Shown here: positions 1-11,244 of the stretch, piece after piece
Layout: each line of letters begins with the position of its first letter
How positions within the stretch are numbered: position 1 is the stretch's first letter
Source: Eledone cirrhosa
Lineage: Eukaryota
Length of the DNA stretch: 64,000 bases
Direction of reading: 5' to 3'
Assembly (NCBI GenBank): GCA_964016885.1
Contig: OZ024740.1
Span: 236,158,001-236,222,000 of the forward strand
Notes under the pieces: model-generated
Told to the model about the DNA's origin: nothing
Database searches by the model: none
Seen by the model: only the letters and a program-made list of their open reading frames with translations
Program-made: the position numbers and the translations under genes

Positions 1-3000
1 AAATAAACCTGTTACGAGGTACGAATCTCAGAATTTGTCAACGCTTATTAATGGTCAGACCTCGTCGTCCCCTGCGAAGTGTAATGAAAATGCCATTGTT
101 CTCATCTCTCTCCAGCCTATCGGTCCATTCATGAATATATCGGTATCATCGCCCCGAATCCAATCTTTTGCTCTCTCTCAATGCTATTCTATAATTCTCT
201 CCGGTTGTTTCTAAATAATCTTCTTGTATTTTATGGCCTCCCTGTCCCTCTTAATCTTTAATCTGTTTCTAAATAATCTTATTGTATTTTAAAACCCCAT
301 TATTCGATTATTATTACTGTTATATGCTTATCCAATTATGCCCAAAATTCGAAGATTTCATTAAAACCTTCTCCTAAAATGCCCCATTTGTTTTTCTAAA
401 ATAACAATGTTGCTTGTTTAATTTTGAACGAAAAATTCTAGGATTTATAAAATGGCCTCCTTGTCCCTCTTAATCTTTACCCAACAACCAACAACTGTAT
501 CATATTACGCGCCTGCTAGTTCACCCTTTCAATCACTCCCTTCTCTCACCAAATATAAATAAACCTGTTACGAGATACGAATCTCAGAATTTGTCAACGC
601 TTATTAATGGTCAGATCTCGTCGTCCCCTGCGAAGTGTAATGTAAATGCCATTTTTCTTATCTCTCTCCAGCCTATCGGTCCATTCATTCATATATCTGT
701 ATCATCGCCCAGAATCCAATCTTCAGCTCTCTCTCACTGCTATTCTATAATTCTGTTTGGTTGTTTCTTAATAATCTTCTTGTCTTTTATGGCCTCCTTG
801 TCCCGTTTAATCTTTAATCTCTGTTTCTAAATAATGTTATTGTATTTTAAAACCCCATTATTCGTTTATTATTACTGTTATATGCTTGTCCAAAAATGCC
901 GCATATTCGAAGATTTCATTTAAACCTTCTCTTAAAATGCCCTATTTGTTTTTCTAAAATAACAATCTTGCTTGTTTAATTTTGGTCGAAAAATTCTAGG
1001 ATTTATAAGATAGCCTCCTTGTCCCGCTTAATCTTTACCCCCCCCCCCCCCCCTCCACTATATCGTATTACGCGCCGGCTAGTTCACCCTTTCAATCACT
1101 CCCTTCTCTCACCAAATATAAATAAACCTGTTACAATGTACGAATCTCAGAATTTGTCAACGCTTATTAATGGTCAGACTCCGTCGTCCCCTGCGAAGTG
1201 TAATATAAATGCCATTTTTCTTGTCTCTCTCCAGCCAATTGGTCCATTCATTCATATATACTTATCATCGCCCATAATCCAATCTTTTGCTCTCTCTCAA
1301 TGCTATTCTATAATTCTGTCTGGTTGTTTCTAAATAATCTTCTTGTAATTTAAAACCCCATTATACGCGTATTATTACTGTTATATGCTTGTCCAGTTAT
1401 GCTCAAAATTCGAAGATTTCATTAAAACCCTCTCGTAAAATGCCCCATTTGTTTTTCTAAAATAACAATCTTGTCTGTTTAATTTAGGCCGAAAAATTCT
1501 AGGATTTATAAAATGGCCTCCTTGTCCCTCTTAATCTTTACCCCACACCCTCCACTGTATCGTATTACGCGCCGGCTAGTTCACCTTTGCAATCACTCCC
1601 TTCTCTCACCAAATATAAATAAACCTGTTACGATGTACGAATCTCAGAATTTGTCAACCCTTACTAATGGTCAGACCTCGTGGTCCCCTGCCATTATTCG
1701 CTTATTATTACTGTTGTATGCTTGTCCAATTATGCCCAAAATTCGAAGATTTCATTTAAACCCTCACGTAATATTCCCCATTTGTTTTTCTAAAATAACA
1801 ATCTTGTTTGATTAATCTTGGCCGAAAAGTTCTAGGATTTATAAAATGTCCTCCTTTTCCCTCTTAATCTTTACGACCCCCCCCCCCCCCCCCACCGTTC
1901 ACATTACGCGCCGGCTTGTTCACTTTCAATCACTCCCTTCTCTCACCAAATATAAATAAACCTGTTACGATGTACGAATCTCAGAATTTGTCAACGCTTA
2001 TTAAAGGTCAGACCTCGTCGTACCCTGCGAAGTGTAATGTAAATGCCATTTTTCTTATCTCTCTCCAGCCTATCGGTCCATTCATTCATATGTCCGTATC
2101 ATCGCCCATAATCCAATATATTGCTCTCTCTCAATGCTATTCTATAATTCTCTCTGGTTGTTTCTAAATAATCTTCTTGTATTTTAAAACCCAATTATTC
2201 GCTTATTATTACTGTTAAATGCTTGTCGAATTATGCCCAAAATTTAAACATTTCATTTAAACCCTCTCTTAAAATGGCCCATTTGTTTTTCTAAAATAAC
2301 CGTTTGTTAATTTTGGCTGAATAATTCTAGAATTTATAGTGGTTTCCTTCTCCCTTTTAATCTTTAATCTGTCTATTTTATTAAATAATCTTCTTGTATT
2401 TTAAAACCCCATTATTCGCTCATTATTACTGTTAAATGCTTGTCCAATTATGGCCCAAATTCGAAGATTTCATTAAAACCCTATCGTAAAATGCCCCATT
2501 TCTTTTTCTAAAATTACAATCTTGTTTGTTTAATTTTGGCCGAAAAATTCTAGGATTTATAAAATGGGCTCCTTGTCCCTCTTAATCTTTACTCCCCCCT
2601 CCACCGTATCGTATTATGCGCCGGCTAGTTCACCCTTTCAATCACTCCCTTCTCTCACCAAATATAAATAAACCCGTTACGATGTACGAATTTCAGAATT
2701 TGTCAACGCTTATTAATGGTCAGATCTCGTCGTCCCCTGCCAAGTGTAATGTAAATGCCATTTTTCTTATCTCTCTGCAGCCTATCGGTCCATTCATTCA
2801 TATATCTGTATCATCGCCCAGAATCCAATCTTTTGCTCTCTCTGAATGCTATTCTATAATTCTGTCTGGTTGTTTCTAAATAATCTTCTTGTATTTTAAA
2901 ACCCCATTATTCGCTTATTATTACTGTTATATGCTTATCGAATTATGCCCAAAATCTGAAGATTTCATTAAAACCCTCTCGTAAAATGCCCCATTTGTTT

Positions 3001-4417
3001 TTCTAAAATAACCTTTTTTGTTTAATTTTGGCTGAATAATTCTAGAATTTATAGTATGGTCTCCTTGTCCCTTTTAATCTTTAATCTGTCTATTTTATTA
3101 AATAGTCTTCTTGTATTTTAAAACCATTATTCGCTTATTGTTACTGCTATATGCTTGTCCAGTTATGCCCAAAATTCGAAGATTTCATTAAAACCCTTTC
3201 GTCAAATTACCCATTTGTTTTTTCTAAAATAACAATCTTGTTTGTTTAATTTTGCCCTAAAAATTCTAGGATTTATAAAATGGCCTCCTTGTCCCTCTTA
3301 ACCTTTAATCTCTGTTTCTAAATAATCATATTGTATTTTAAAACCCCATTATTCATTTATTATTACTGTTATATGCTTGTCCAATTATGCCCAAAATTCG
3401 AAGATTTTATATAAACCTTCTCCTAAAATGCCCCATTTGTTTTTCTAAAATAACAATCTTGCTCGTTTAATTTTGGCCGAAAAATTCTAGGATTTATAAA
3501 ATGGCCTCCTTGTCCCTCTTAATCATTACTCCCACCCCTCCACTGTATCGTATTACGCGTCGGCTAGTTCACGCTTTCAATCACTCCCTTCTCTCCCCAA
3601 ATATAAATAAACCTATTACGGGGTACGAATCTCAGAATTTGTCAACGCTTATTAATGGTCAGACCTCGTCGTCCGCTGCGAAGTGTAATGTAAATGACAT
3701 TTTTCTTATCCTCTGCAGCCTATCTGTACATTCATTCATATATCCGTACCATCGCCCAGAATCCAATCTTTTGCTCTCTCTCAATGCTATTCTATAATTC
3801 TCTCTGGTTGTTTCTGAATAATGTTCTTGTATTTTAAGACCCCATTATTCGCTTATTATTTCGCTTATATGCTTGTCCAATTTTGCCCCAAATTCGAAGA
3901 TTTCATTAAAACCCTCTCGTAAAATGGCCCATTGGTTTTTCTAAAATAACAAAGTTGCTTGTTTAATTTTGGCCGAAAAATTCTAGGATTTATAAAATGG
4001 CCTCCTTGTCCCTCTTAATCTTTAACCCCCCCCCCCCCACTGTCATATATTCGCGCCGGCTAGTTCACCCTTTCAATCACTCCCTTCTCTCACCAAATAT
4101 AAATAAACTTGTTACGATGTACGAATCTCAGAATTTGTCAACGCTTATTAATGGTCAGACCTCGTCGTCCCCTACGAAGTGTAATGTAAATGCCACTTTT
4201 TTTATCTCTCTCCAGCCTATCGGTCCATTCATTCATATATCTGTATCATCGCCCAGAATCCAATCTTTTGCTCTCTCTCAATGCTATTCTATAATTCTCT
4301 CTGGTTGTTTCTGAATAATCATCTTGTATTTTAAAACCCCATTATTCGCTTATTATTCGCTGTTATATGCTTGTCCAATTATGCCCAAGATTCGAAGATT
4401 TCATTTATACCCTCTCG
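1..4417. repeat. Modular tandem repeat, basic unit ~497 bp (module A ~190-220 bp plus C-tract and module B ~290 bp), cut by the window start
   Basis: The module-B anchor AAATAAAC(C/T)(T/C)(G/A)TTAC recurs at about 1, 557, 1120, 1617, 1954, 2666, 3605 and 4101. The module-A anchor AAAACCCCATTATTCG..TTATTATTACTG recurs at about 291, 849, 1352, 2186, 2403, 2898, 3120, 3340, 3836 and 4333. The array stops mid-module at ...CCCTCTCG (4417). Confidence 0.95.
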
Positions 4418-4729
4418 CTAACTACCCCATACCCCTCCCACCTGCCTCCACTTTCCACCATTATCATTAGGACCAATCATAAGTCAGCGGCCTATGCCAT
4501 CTCTTCTGGTTGCTTGCCGATATGATGGATTGACTAAGGAATTCTGGAGAGTCTGAAAAAAATCTGGAGACTCAGTGACAATGCCAAAGATAAAGACAAA
4601 TTTACCACATGCTGCCGGACGAAAAGACAAGGACTCCTCCTCTCTGTTTCTGCCGCGGATGGTCAACATTACCCAACCCCCTCGCCCTCCCCGCGCCCCA
4701 CTGTTCCCACCCATCAAACGCAATCCAAA

Positions 4730-7700
4730 ACTTCAGAGTTGGTACCATGAATGTAGGCACCTTAAAAGGTCGCTCTAACGAGGTTGTAGAAATGCTTGAA
4801 CGTAAGGTTTATGTTTGCTGTATCCAAGAGACCAGGTAGAGGAGTGGGTCTGCTAGATTCATTGCGGGTAAAAAACGATGCTATAAGCTTTTCTGGGTGG
4901 GAAATGGGCTGGGTGGGGTAGGAATCATGTTAGCAGAAAAATGGGTAGATAAGATAATAGACGTAAATAGAGTGAACGACAGAATAATTAAAATAAGACT
5001 TGCCCTCAATAGAACTACTGTGACAGTAATATCTGCGTATGCACCCCAATCCGGACTGCCTAGCGCTATAAAAGACAGATTATATGAGTCACTAATGCTC
5101 ACTACCTCCCAAATAACCGACAGTGACTACTTAATTATTGCTGGCGACCTAAATGGTCACGTTGGACAACATTGTGACGGCTATGACGAAATCCATGGAG
5201 GCTATGGGTTTGGTACTAGAAATGAGGAAGGCTACAGAATCCTGGAATTCTTCGACGCAAATAACCTAACTATCTGTAACACTAACTTCAAAAAAACGAG
5301 ACAATCACTTGATCACCTATAGATCAGGGGAACACGCCAGTCAGATAGATTATATCCTTACCAGACGACATGATAGTGTCTGTTGTAAACACTAAATCCC
5401 CCCCCCCCATGAAGAATGCACCTCCCAACATACTCATAGTCAGGACAAGACGTACTCGACACCAGAGGACTATCCTCAGGAGAAAAATATGGAAGCTAAA
5501 GGACCCCACAGCCAGTAATAAATTTAAAAGCATATTAATTGATGCTTTCGACAGTAAGGAAGAGCAATTAGTCGTACAATATAGAGGAACAGTGGGAATT
5601 CTTGAAAGCTAACCTGCTGAAGGCGGCAGATGAAGTCTGTGGCTGGAGCAGGCCTATAGGCAGGAGGAGAGTAACGTGGTGGTGGAACAGTGAGGTGGAG
5701 GAGTCAATTAAGGTAAAAAAGCAGGCTTGGAAAGTATGGCGGGATGGGGGAAGTAGAGAAGACTATCAAGTGGCCAGGAGGGAAGCTAGGAGACAAGTGT
5801 ACTTCGCAAGAAGGGAAGCAGAGGAAAGAAAGTTCAAGCATGTTCTACAACGCGAGGGCTAAAAATGTGAGGTGTTCAGGATTGCTAGGCAATGTGTCGA
5901 GGAAAACCGTGATATTGTCGGGGAGAAGTGTGTCCTTAATGATGATGGTGTACTTGCCATCACTGACGTTGATAAGAAGGTAGCTTGGAAGTGTCACTAT
6001 GAAAGGCTACTAAATGAGAATAAATGGGAGAAAGACAGTCTCCCCCACATCGATCCAATAGAGGGACCAGCAGTGCTAGTTGAAGGTAGTATAATAAGTA
6101 AGGCAATCAAAGATATGAAGATGGGTCAGGCGGCTGGGCCTTTGGAAATAGTTGCTGAAATGTTGAAAGCATCTGGAACGGTGGGACACACTATGGTCAC
6201 CCAGATAGTAAACCAAGTCATACAGAATGGGGCCGTTCTGAAGGACTGGCGTAGCAGCATCATCATTAACTGCTACAAGGGTAAAAGAGATGCCCTAGAT
6301 AGGGGTAACTATAGAGGCATTAAATTAATCGACGAGGTCATGAAGGTCACAGAAAAAGTAATAGCGCAACTAATCAGAGAATGAATTGATCTAGATGAAA
6401 TGTAGTTCGGATTTGTGTCAGGTAAAAGTACCACAGACACTCTTTTCATTGTACGACAACTACAGGAGAAGTACCTAGCTAAAAGTAAACCCCTATACTT
6501 AGATTTTGTTGACTTGGAGAAAGCATTTGACAGTCCCCTGCTCCATTATCTGGTGGTCTCTTAGAAAACTAGGTGTTGATGAATGGCTTGTGAGAGCTAT
6601 ACAAGCCATGTATAAAGAAACAGTCAGCAAGGTTAGAATTAACAACGAATATAGTGAAGAGTTTAGCGTAAAAGTTGGTGTTCATCAGGGCTCCGTTCTT
6701 AGCCCCCTACTATTTATTATTGCCCTTCAGGCTATAACAGAGGAGTTCAAGACCGGCTGCCCATGGGAACTCCTATATGCAGATGATCTAACGCTCATAG
6801 CTGAATCAATGGCTGAACTAGAGAAGAAATTCCAAACATGGAAGCATGGCCTAGAATCAAAAGGCCTTAAAGTTAACTTGTCTAAGACTAAAGTTCTAGT
6901 TTGTAGGAAGGAAAATAGGGCACCTGTCCCATCTGGGAAATGGCCATGCTCAGTGTGTAGTAAAGGAGTAGGCAGAAACTCCATTTTATGTCCCAAATGC
7001 AAAGTATGGGTGCATAAAAGATGTAGTGGGATCACAGGTAAGCTAACTAAGAATATAGATTTTATGTGGCCGGTGCTCTGGTGCAATAAGTAGCAGCAAG
7101 TGCCCACAGAATACTAGCTCATTCCATTGCACAGATGGTTCTATAGAAATAGTGGACACCTTCCGTTACCTGGGTGACAAAATCAGCAGTGGGGGAGGGT
7201 GCTCTGAAAGTACAGTAGCTAGTCAGAACGGGATGGAAAAAGTTCAGAGCTTATACCACTATTGGCTGCTAAAGGGTTCTCTCTAAAAATGAAAGGCAGG
7301 CTGTATGATGCCTGCATACGAACAGCGATGTTACATGGCAGTGAGACCTGGGCATTGTGTGCAGAGGATATACACAGTCTGGAGAGAAACAAAGCTTGCA
7401 TGCTTTGCTGGATGTGTAATAGTAATATATATGAACGGCAAAGCATAAACGAACTAAGGGAGAAATAAGGAATAAGAGGGATCAGATGTTGTTTACTCGA
7501 AAGAAGACTACGTTGGTACAGTCACGTGATGCGCATGAAAGACGACAGCTGTATAAAAAAGTGCAGGGTGATAAAAATAGACGGTAGCCACTGAGTAGGC
7601 AGACCCAGAAAAACCTGGGACGACTTGATAAATTCCGACCTCACACACTTACACCTCTCCAAGACAATGTCACTGGACCGAGATCTTTGGCGCTACAGTC
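4730..7700 (+). pseudogene. Disrupted RTE ORF: AP-like endonuclease plus reverse transcriptase
   Basis: APE motifs: RVGTMNVGTL, CCIQETR, ISAYAPQ, AGDLNGHVG, QIDYIL. Linker: TWWWNSEV. RT motifs: NYRGIKL, FVDLEKAFD, GVHQGSVLSPLLF, LLYADDL (YADD at 6776-6787), GLKVNLSKTK, FRYLG, MLHGSETW, RLRW. Stops and frameshifts split it into the ORF-track fragments 4609, 4897, 5370, 5602, 5872, 6506 and 7262. Confidence 0.93.
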
Positions 7701-8075
7701 ATTCAGAAGACCCGCCTTGCCTAAGTACAAAGCGAAACCTACAGTCAGTAGGCACCTCTAACAAAATACACCCCCTGTCCCACTACCCCCTTAAATGTGA
7801 AGTTATGTTGGTACCACAACATCCAGTCCGAAATAAATGAGGTCCTGTAAGTGTCATGACAAAAAAAAACAGTCCACGCTGTAATGTGGCCGTGTAGGTA
7901 ACACGGTAAAAACCTCCCAGTCCACACTGTAAACGTGGTTGGTGTTAGGAAGGGCATCCAGCCGTAGAAAACCCGCCAGACAGTCCTATACGAGCAGGAC
8001 AACAAATCTTGCCTCAAGTGGGAAAACTCCCGTCCAAACTCATGCAAGCGTGGAAGATGGACATTAAACGATAAC

Positions 8076-8098
8076 GATGATGATGATGATGATGATGA
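8076..8098 (+). repeat. (GAT)n microsatellite, the RTE 3' tail
   Basis: GATGATGATGATGATGATGATGA lies directly after the RTE 3' UTR. Confidence 0.9.
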
Positions 8099-8100
8099 AT

Positions 8101-8284
8101 TGTTTCTACTTTTGGCACAAGGCCAGCAATTACCCAGTACATTACTGGTACTTTATTTTATCAACCTCTGTATGGATGAAAGGCAAAGTTAACCTCGGCG
8201 GGATTTGAACTCAGATGGTAAAGGGATGTAACTATGCTGGAAAGCATGTCCGACCCTCTACCGATACTGCCAATTCACCGCCCT
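8101..8284 (-). mobile_element. tRNA-derived SINE with a Meta/MESC-like central domain
   Basis: Minus strand reads GGCGGTGAAT-TGGCAGTATCGG (A-box, 8261-8272) ... GAGTTCAAATCCC (B-box, 8200-8212), then ACTTTGCCTTTCATCC...GATAAAATAAAGTACCAG, a core I recall from invertebrate/mollusc SINEs. The superfamily name is from memory. Confidence 0.8.
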
Positions 8285-8671
8285 CATTAATAATATATTA
8301 ATCACCAAAGATCTAGCAACATAAGTGTTGTGGAATTATCCAAACTGATGGAGAGTATTATAACCTTTCAGATGGTTTGTTGTGGGTGAGTTTTGAATGT
8401 GCAGGCTCAGTAATTTCTTAGTGTGGTCAAAATAATATGTGTATCAGCTTGCAAAACTGTAAAATAAAATTGTTTTAGTTGGCAGAAGTAAGGTGCATAA
8501 CTGGAGAAACTGTCATTCTTTGGTCTACTCTAGTTTACATTCTAGTATTTCTAATTTGCATTGTAGAGACTATCACAAAATCATTTAATTAAATGAAATT
8601 ACATTTTTAGTGAAGAGAAAAAGAATTTTCTAAATAACTAATTCTGTTTTAAAAAAATAAATCAATGAAAC

Positions 8672-8768
8672 GATAAAATAAAGTACCAGTCAAACACTGG
8701 GACAGAATTGGTATAAGAGAAAATTACTTGTGATATTTATCTCAGTTCTTTACATTCTGAGTTCAAAA
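8672..8768 (+). mobile_element. Degenerate fragments of the same SINE family
   Basis: GATAAAATAAAGTACCAG (8672-8689) is identical to the core of the 8101-8284 copy in opposite orientation. TTTACATTCTGAGTTCAAA matches its B-box region. Confidence 0.55.
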
Positions 8769-10075
8769 TAATATCAAGAAGTTTGTTTATGTAGAACTGA
8801 TAAGGGGAAATATCTAATACCTTCTCTCCTTCATTTTATTCTAATATCAGAAGGTGAGTGGTTAAAGTATATTATTTTCAATATAAATAGAATGGAAAAT
8901 TCATTCTGAACTAGAATGTTTAAGTACGTCAGCAATTCTTTTACTAGTTGAGGCAGATAGGGAAATACAATTGCCACTTGCAGGAAAATATGGTTTGAAA
9001 AAGTCAGAAAATATATTTAATTATAAACAAGGCACCTGGGGGAAGAAAAATGAAGAAAGAAATATTTATAATGTTCTGCCATGAGGATGGAAGGAAAAGA
9101 ATAGAAATTTGGGCCATTTTATTCACTTTAAATTATTTTTCATTTGATTTAATTTCTCACTAAAAAATTTACTCAGATACAGACTATAAATGTTCCTTGA
9201 AATAATAAATATTCTTCAAATGAAATTGTTTGAATTCAATAGACTATTAAAGTTTCACAGATCTCTCCAGCAGTCATAAGAGACCAAAACCAAAGTACTT
9301 ATAAATGAAGGTATGAAGAATAAATTATTGAAATTGGAAATTTAGTGATCTCTCTGATTCTGTTACATTTGTACTAATATGCTTGAACTAAGACTTGCTT
9401 GTCATAACAACTGGTTTGACTATCTCTTTATACAGTATATTTCAGTTTTTATATCTAGAACATTAAATTTTTTTGTTATATTTTCCAGTATGAATACTAG
9501 TGATCAAAAACCTCTTAATCTCAACTTTGAGCAGTGAAATTCTGGATCTGTGCTCAGTTGCATTTTGATCATCTTCATCCCTGTTCAATCATAGATACTA
9601 GCTATGTAGATTTGCCATTTCATTAACAAGGCATTTTGGTATTTGTAGCAATTAGTTTTACCCACCTGTGTTCTAGGTTCAAACCTGTCAGTTTTGATTT
9701 CCATCCTGGTTGGTGACTTATGGTTGTTGACACCTAATTTTATTTTTTTACTATTTAGTTAAAAAGGGAAAGGCACTGCCTATGACCCTTTTTCATGGTC
9801 TTTGAGGCTAGTAGGTAAAAGGGGAGCAAGTTATTTTCAAGCTGAAGATCTTCTAAATGTACCTTAAATGTATTAAACTGGGAGTTGTGTTGTCTCAGAA
9901 TACAAAGAGCTGGAACAAACTATGATTGTTAAGATTTTACATTTTCTTATATTTCTATATAGCTATCATTAACATCCCCCTCCCTCCCATCCTATCACAT
10001 ATTTATTCCTTAACAACCATATTCATATATTCGCCGCTTAGCCATCACTCTCCTTCTTGGGCACTTCTGCCCTAA

Positions 10076-10296
10076 CCCTTTAGCATTTATATTACTCTAT
10101 ATTTACTATTTCACTTTTGTGGTACGGGCTTTATCTTATGTAATTATTTCACATAATATCGAATATACAAGATTTTGATATTACTTATTTTGAGATCAAT
10201 ACCTTAACATCAGTATGAGCAGCCAGTTACAACCAGTTTGAACAGAAAGAGGTAAGAGAATTCTGGCCAGATATGACCGGTTTAAATGCTAAAGTA
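10076..10296. mobile_element. ~220-bp piggyBac-like MITE, copy 1
   Basis: Terminal inverted repeats CCCTTTAGCATTTA ... TAAATGCTAAAGTA, flanked by CTAA and TTAA. The interior aligns end to end with 11026-11244. Confidence 0.8.
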
Positions 10297-10358
10297 TTAA
10301 AAGAATGGAGATGACAGAATAGTTAGGACTCTTTGGCTAGGAATAAGCCGATACTTCA

Positions 10359-10360
<2 letters not shown>

Positions 10361-10394
<34 letters not shown>

Positions 10395-10427
10395 TATATA
10401 TATGTGTGTGTGTGTGTGTGTGTATGT
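10361..10427. repeat. Compound (TA)n/(TG)n microsatellite
   Basis: Read directly: TATATA... followed by TGTGTG... Confidence 0.95.
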
Positions 10428-10434
10428 GCATATA

Positions 10435-10886
10435 AGTGCAAGATTGAGCATCTGGTTAAGAAGTTTGCTTTACAACCATGTAGTTTCTAGTTCAATTCTA
10501 TTGTGCCGAACCTTGGGTAAGTGTTTTGCTGTGCAAGTGAATTTGGTAGACAGAAACTGTAAGGAACCCAGTTGTGTGTGTGCGCGTTAAATAAAATACA
10601 CACACACACCAGTGCAGTAAGACGCACACACATGCATAAATGTGTATTTGTTACTGTTTTCATATCAACACCCATATAAAGCAAGTTGTGACTTTTCTTT
10701 ATATCTCATTATGTAAATATGTTTGGCAAGTTAATGGCTCAATGAAGAAGAATGATATATATATCATGCAAAACAAATAAAGTAAGGGTTGGTGTCAGGA
10801 AGACACTATTCAGCCATTGAAAAACCTATTTTAAGTATCATTCAACCAATGCCAGGATGGCAAAATGAATGCAAAAATACGATGAT
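10435..10886 (+). mobile_element. Degenerate CORE-type SINE (tRNA-like head and core ~10435-10571) with an RTE-derived 3' tail (~10780-10886)
   Basis: Head TGGTTAAG...AGTTCAATTC; core ACCTTGGGTAAGTG...GAATTTGGTAGACAGAAACTG, resembling octopus CORE-SINEs as I recall them. The tail GGTTGGTGTCAGGAAG...CAGCCATTGAAAAACC...GATGAT aligns with the RTE 3' UTR at 7937-8080. Whether head and tail are one element is uncertain. Confidence 0.6.
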
Positions 10887-11025
10887 TTATATATGCAAGA
10901 AGAGAATGAGAAAAACACAAAACATTATAGTAACTGTGCATATATTTTCACAATAAGTAATATGGATCTGTATGCAATCATTGTTAGCCTAAAACAACAG
11001 GTATAATGCTAATTCTACAATTTAA

Positions 11026-11244
11026 ACCACTAGGATTTACATTACTCGATATATACTATTATATTTTCATGGTAACCACTTTACCTCACATAATTATCTC
11101 ATATAATATCGAATCTGAGATTTTCATGTTATTTATTTTCAAAACAATCCCTTAACATAAGTATGAGTAACTAGTTACAGCCAGTTTGAAGAGAAAGAGG
11201 TGAGAGAATTCTGGCAGGATATGGCTAGTTTAAATGCTAAAGGG
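11026..11244. mobile_element. ~220-bp piggyBac-like MITE, copy 2, inserted at a TTAA in the first satellite monomer
   Basis: TTAA (11022-11025) + ACCACTAGGATTTA ... TAAATGCTAAAGGG + TTAA (11245-11248). Homologous to 10076-10296. Removing it and one TTAA restores GCTAATTCTACAATTTAACAATGTAACCAC. Confidence 0.85.

Larger units (their letters stand above)
4418..8098 (+). mobile_element. RTE-clade non-LTR retrotransposon (LINE), near full length, inactivated
   Basis: C-rich leader, then a single disrupted APE+RT reading frame, a 3' UTR (GGTTGGTGTTAGGAAGGGCATCCAGCCGTAGAAAACC) and a (GAT)n tail at 8076-8098. The single-ORF layout, the HGGYGFG/RNEEG motifs and the short-repeat tail are typical of the RTE clade. 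Confidence 0.93.

Noticed and set aside
591-4314. Recurrent ORFs (..HSLLSPNINKPVTMYESQNLSTLINGQ..) as a tandem gene family
   Set aside because: They are translations of the repeat module. Starts and frames shift with C-tract length and I recognise no protein motif.
4730-7700. RT as part of a retron, DGR or other system acting on the adjacent arrays
   Set aside because: It is an ordinary decayed APE-type LINE with no sequence similarity to either array and no template/variable-region pair.
6727-8047. Antisense ORFs over the LINEs (6727-7107, 7745-8047; likewise 62436-62636, 62945-63268)
   Set aside because: They are shadow frames of retroelement coding or UTR sequence.
8200-8284. tRNA gene
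   Set aside because: A and B boxes are present but I cannot build a cloverleaf, and the sequence continues into a SINE core.
9261-9310. Possible 50-bp exon (TTTCACAG|...GAAG|GTATGA)
   Set aside because: All three frames contain stops and there are no supporting neighbouring exons. A non-coding exon cannot be excluded without RNA data.
9630-9720. Additional highly decayed SINE (AGGTTCAAACC..TTTCCATCC)
   Set aside because: The similarity is too short and degenerate to call by eye.
10333-10684. ORFs with YIYIYI/CVCVCV runs
   Set aside because: They are microsatellite translations.
11072-11084. GTAACCACTTTAC inside MITE copy 2 matches a satellite variant, suggesting the satellite derives from the MITE
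   Set aside because: The match is only 13 bp and is not shared by MITE copy 1 (GTACGGGCTTTAT), so it is compatible with chance.
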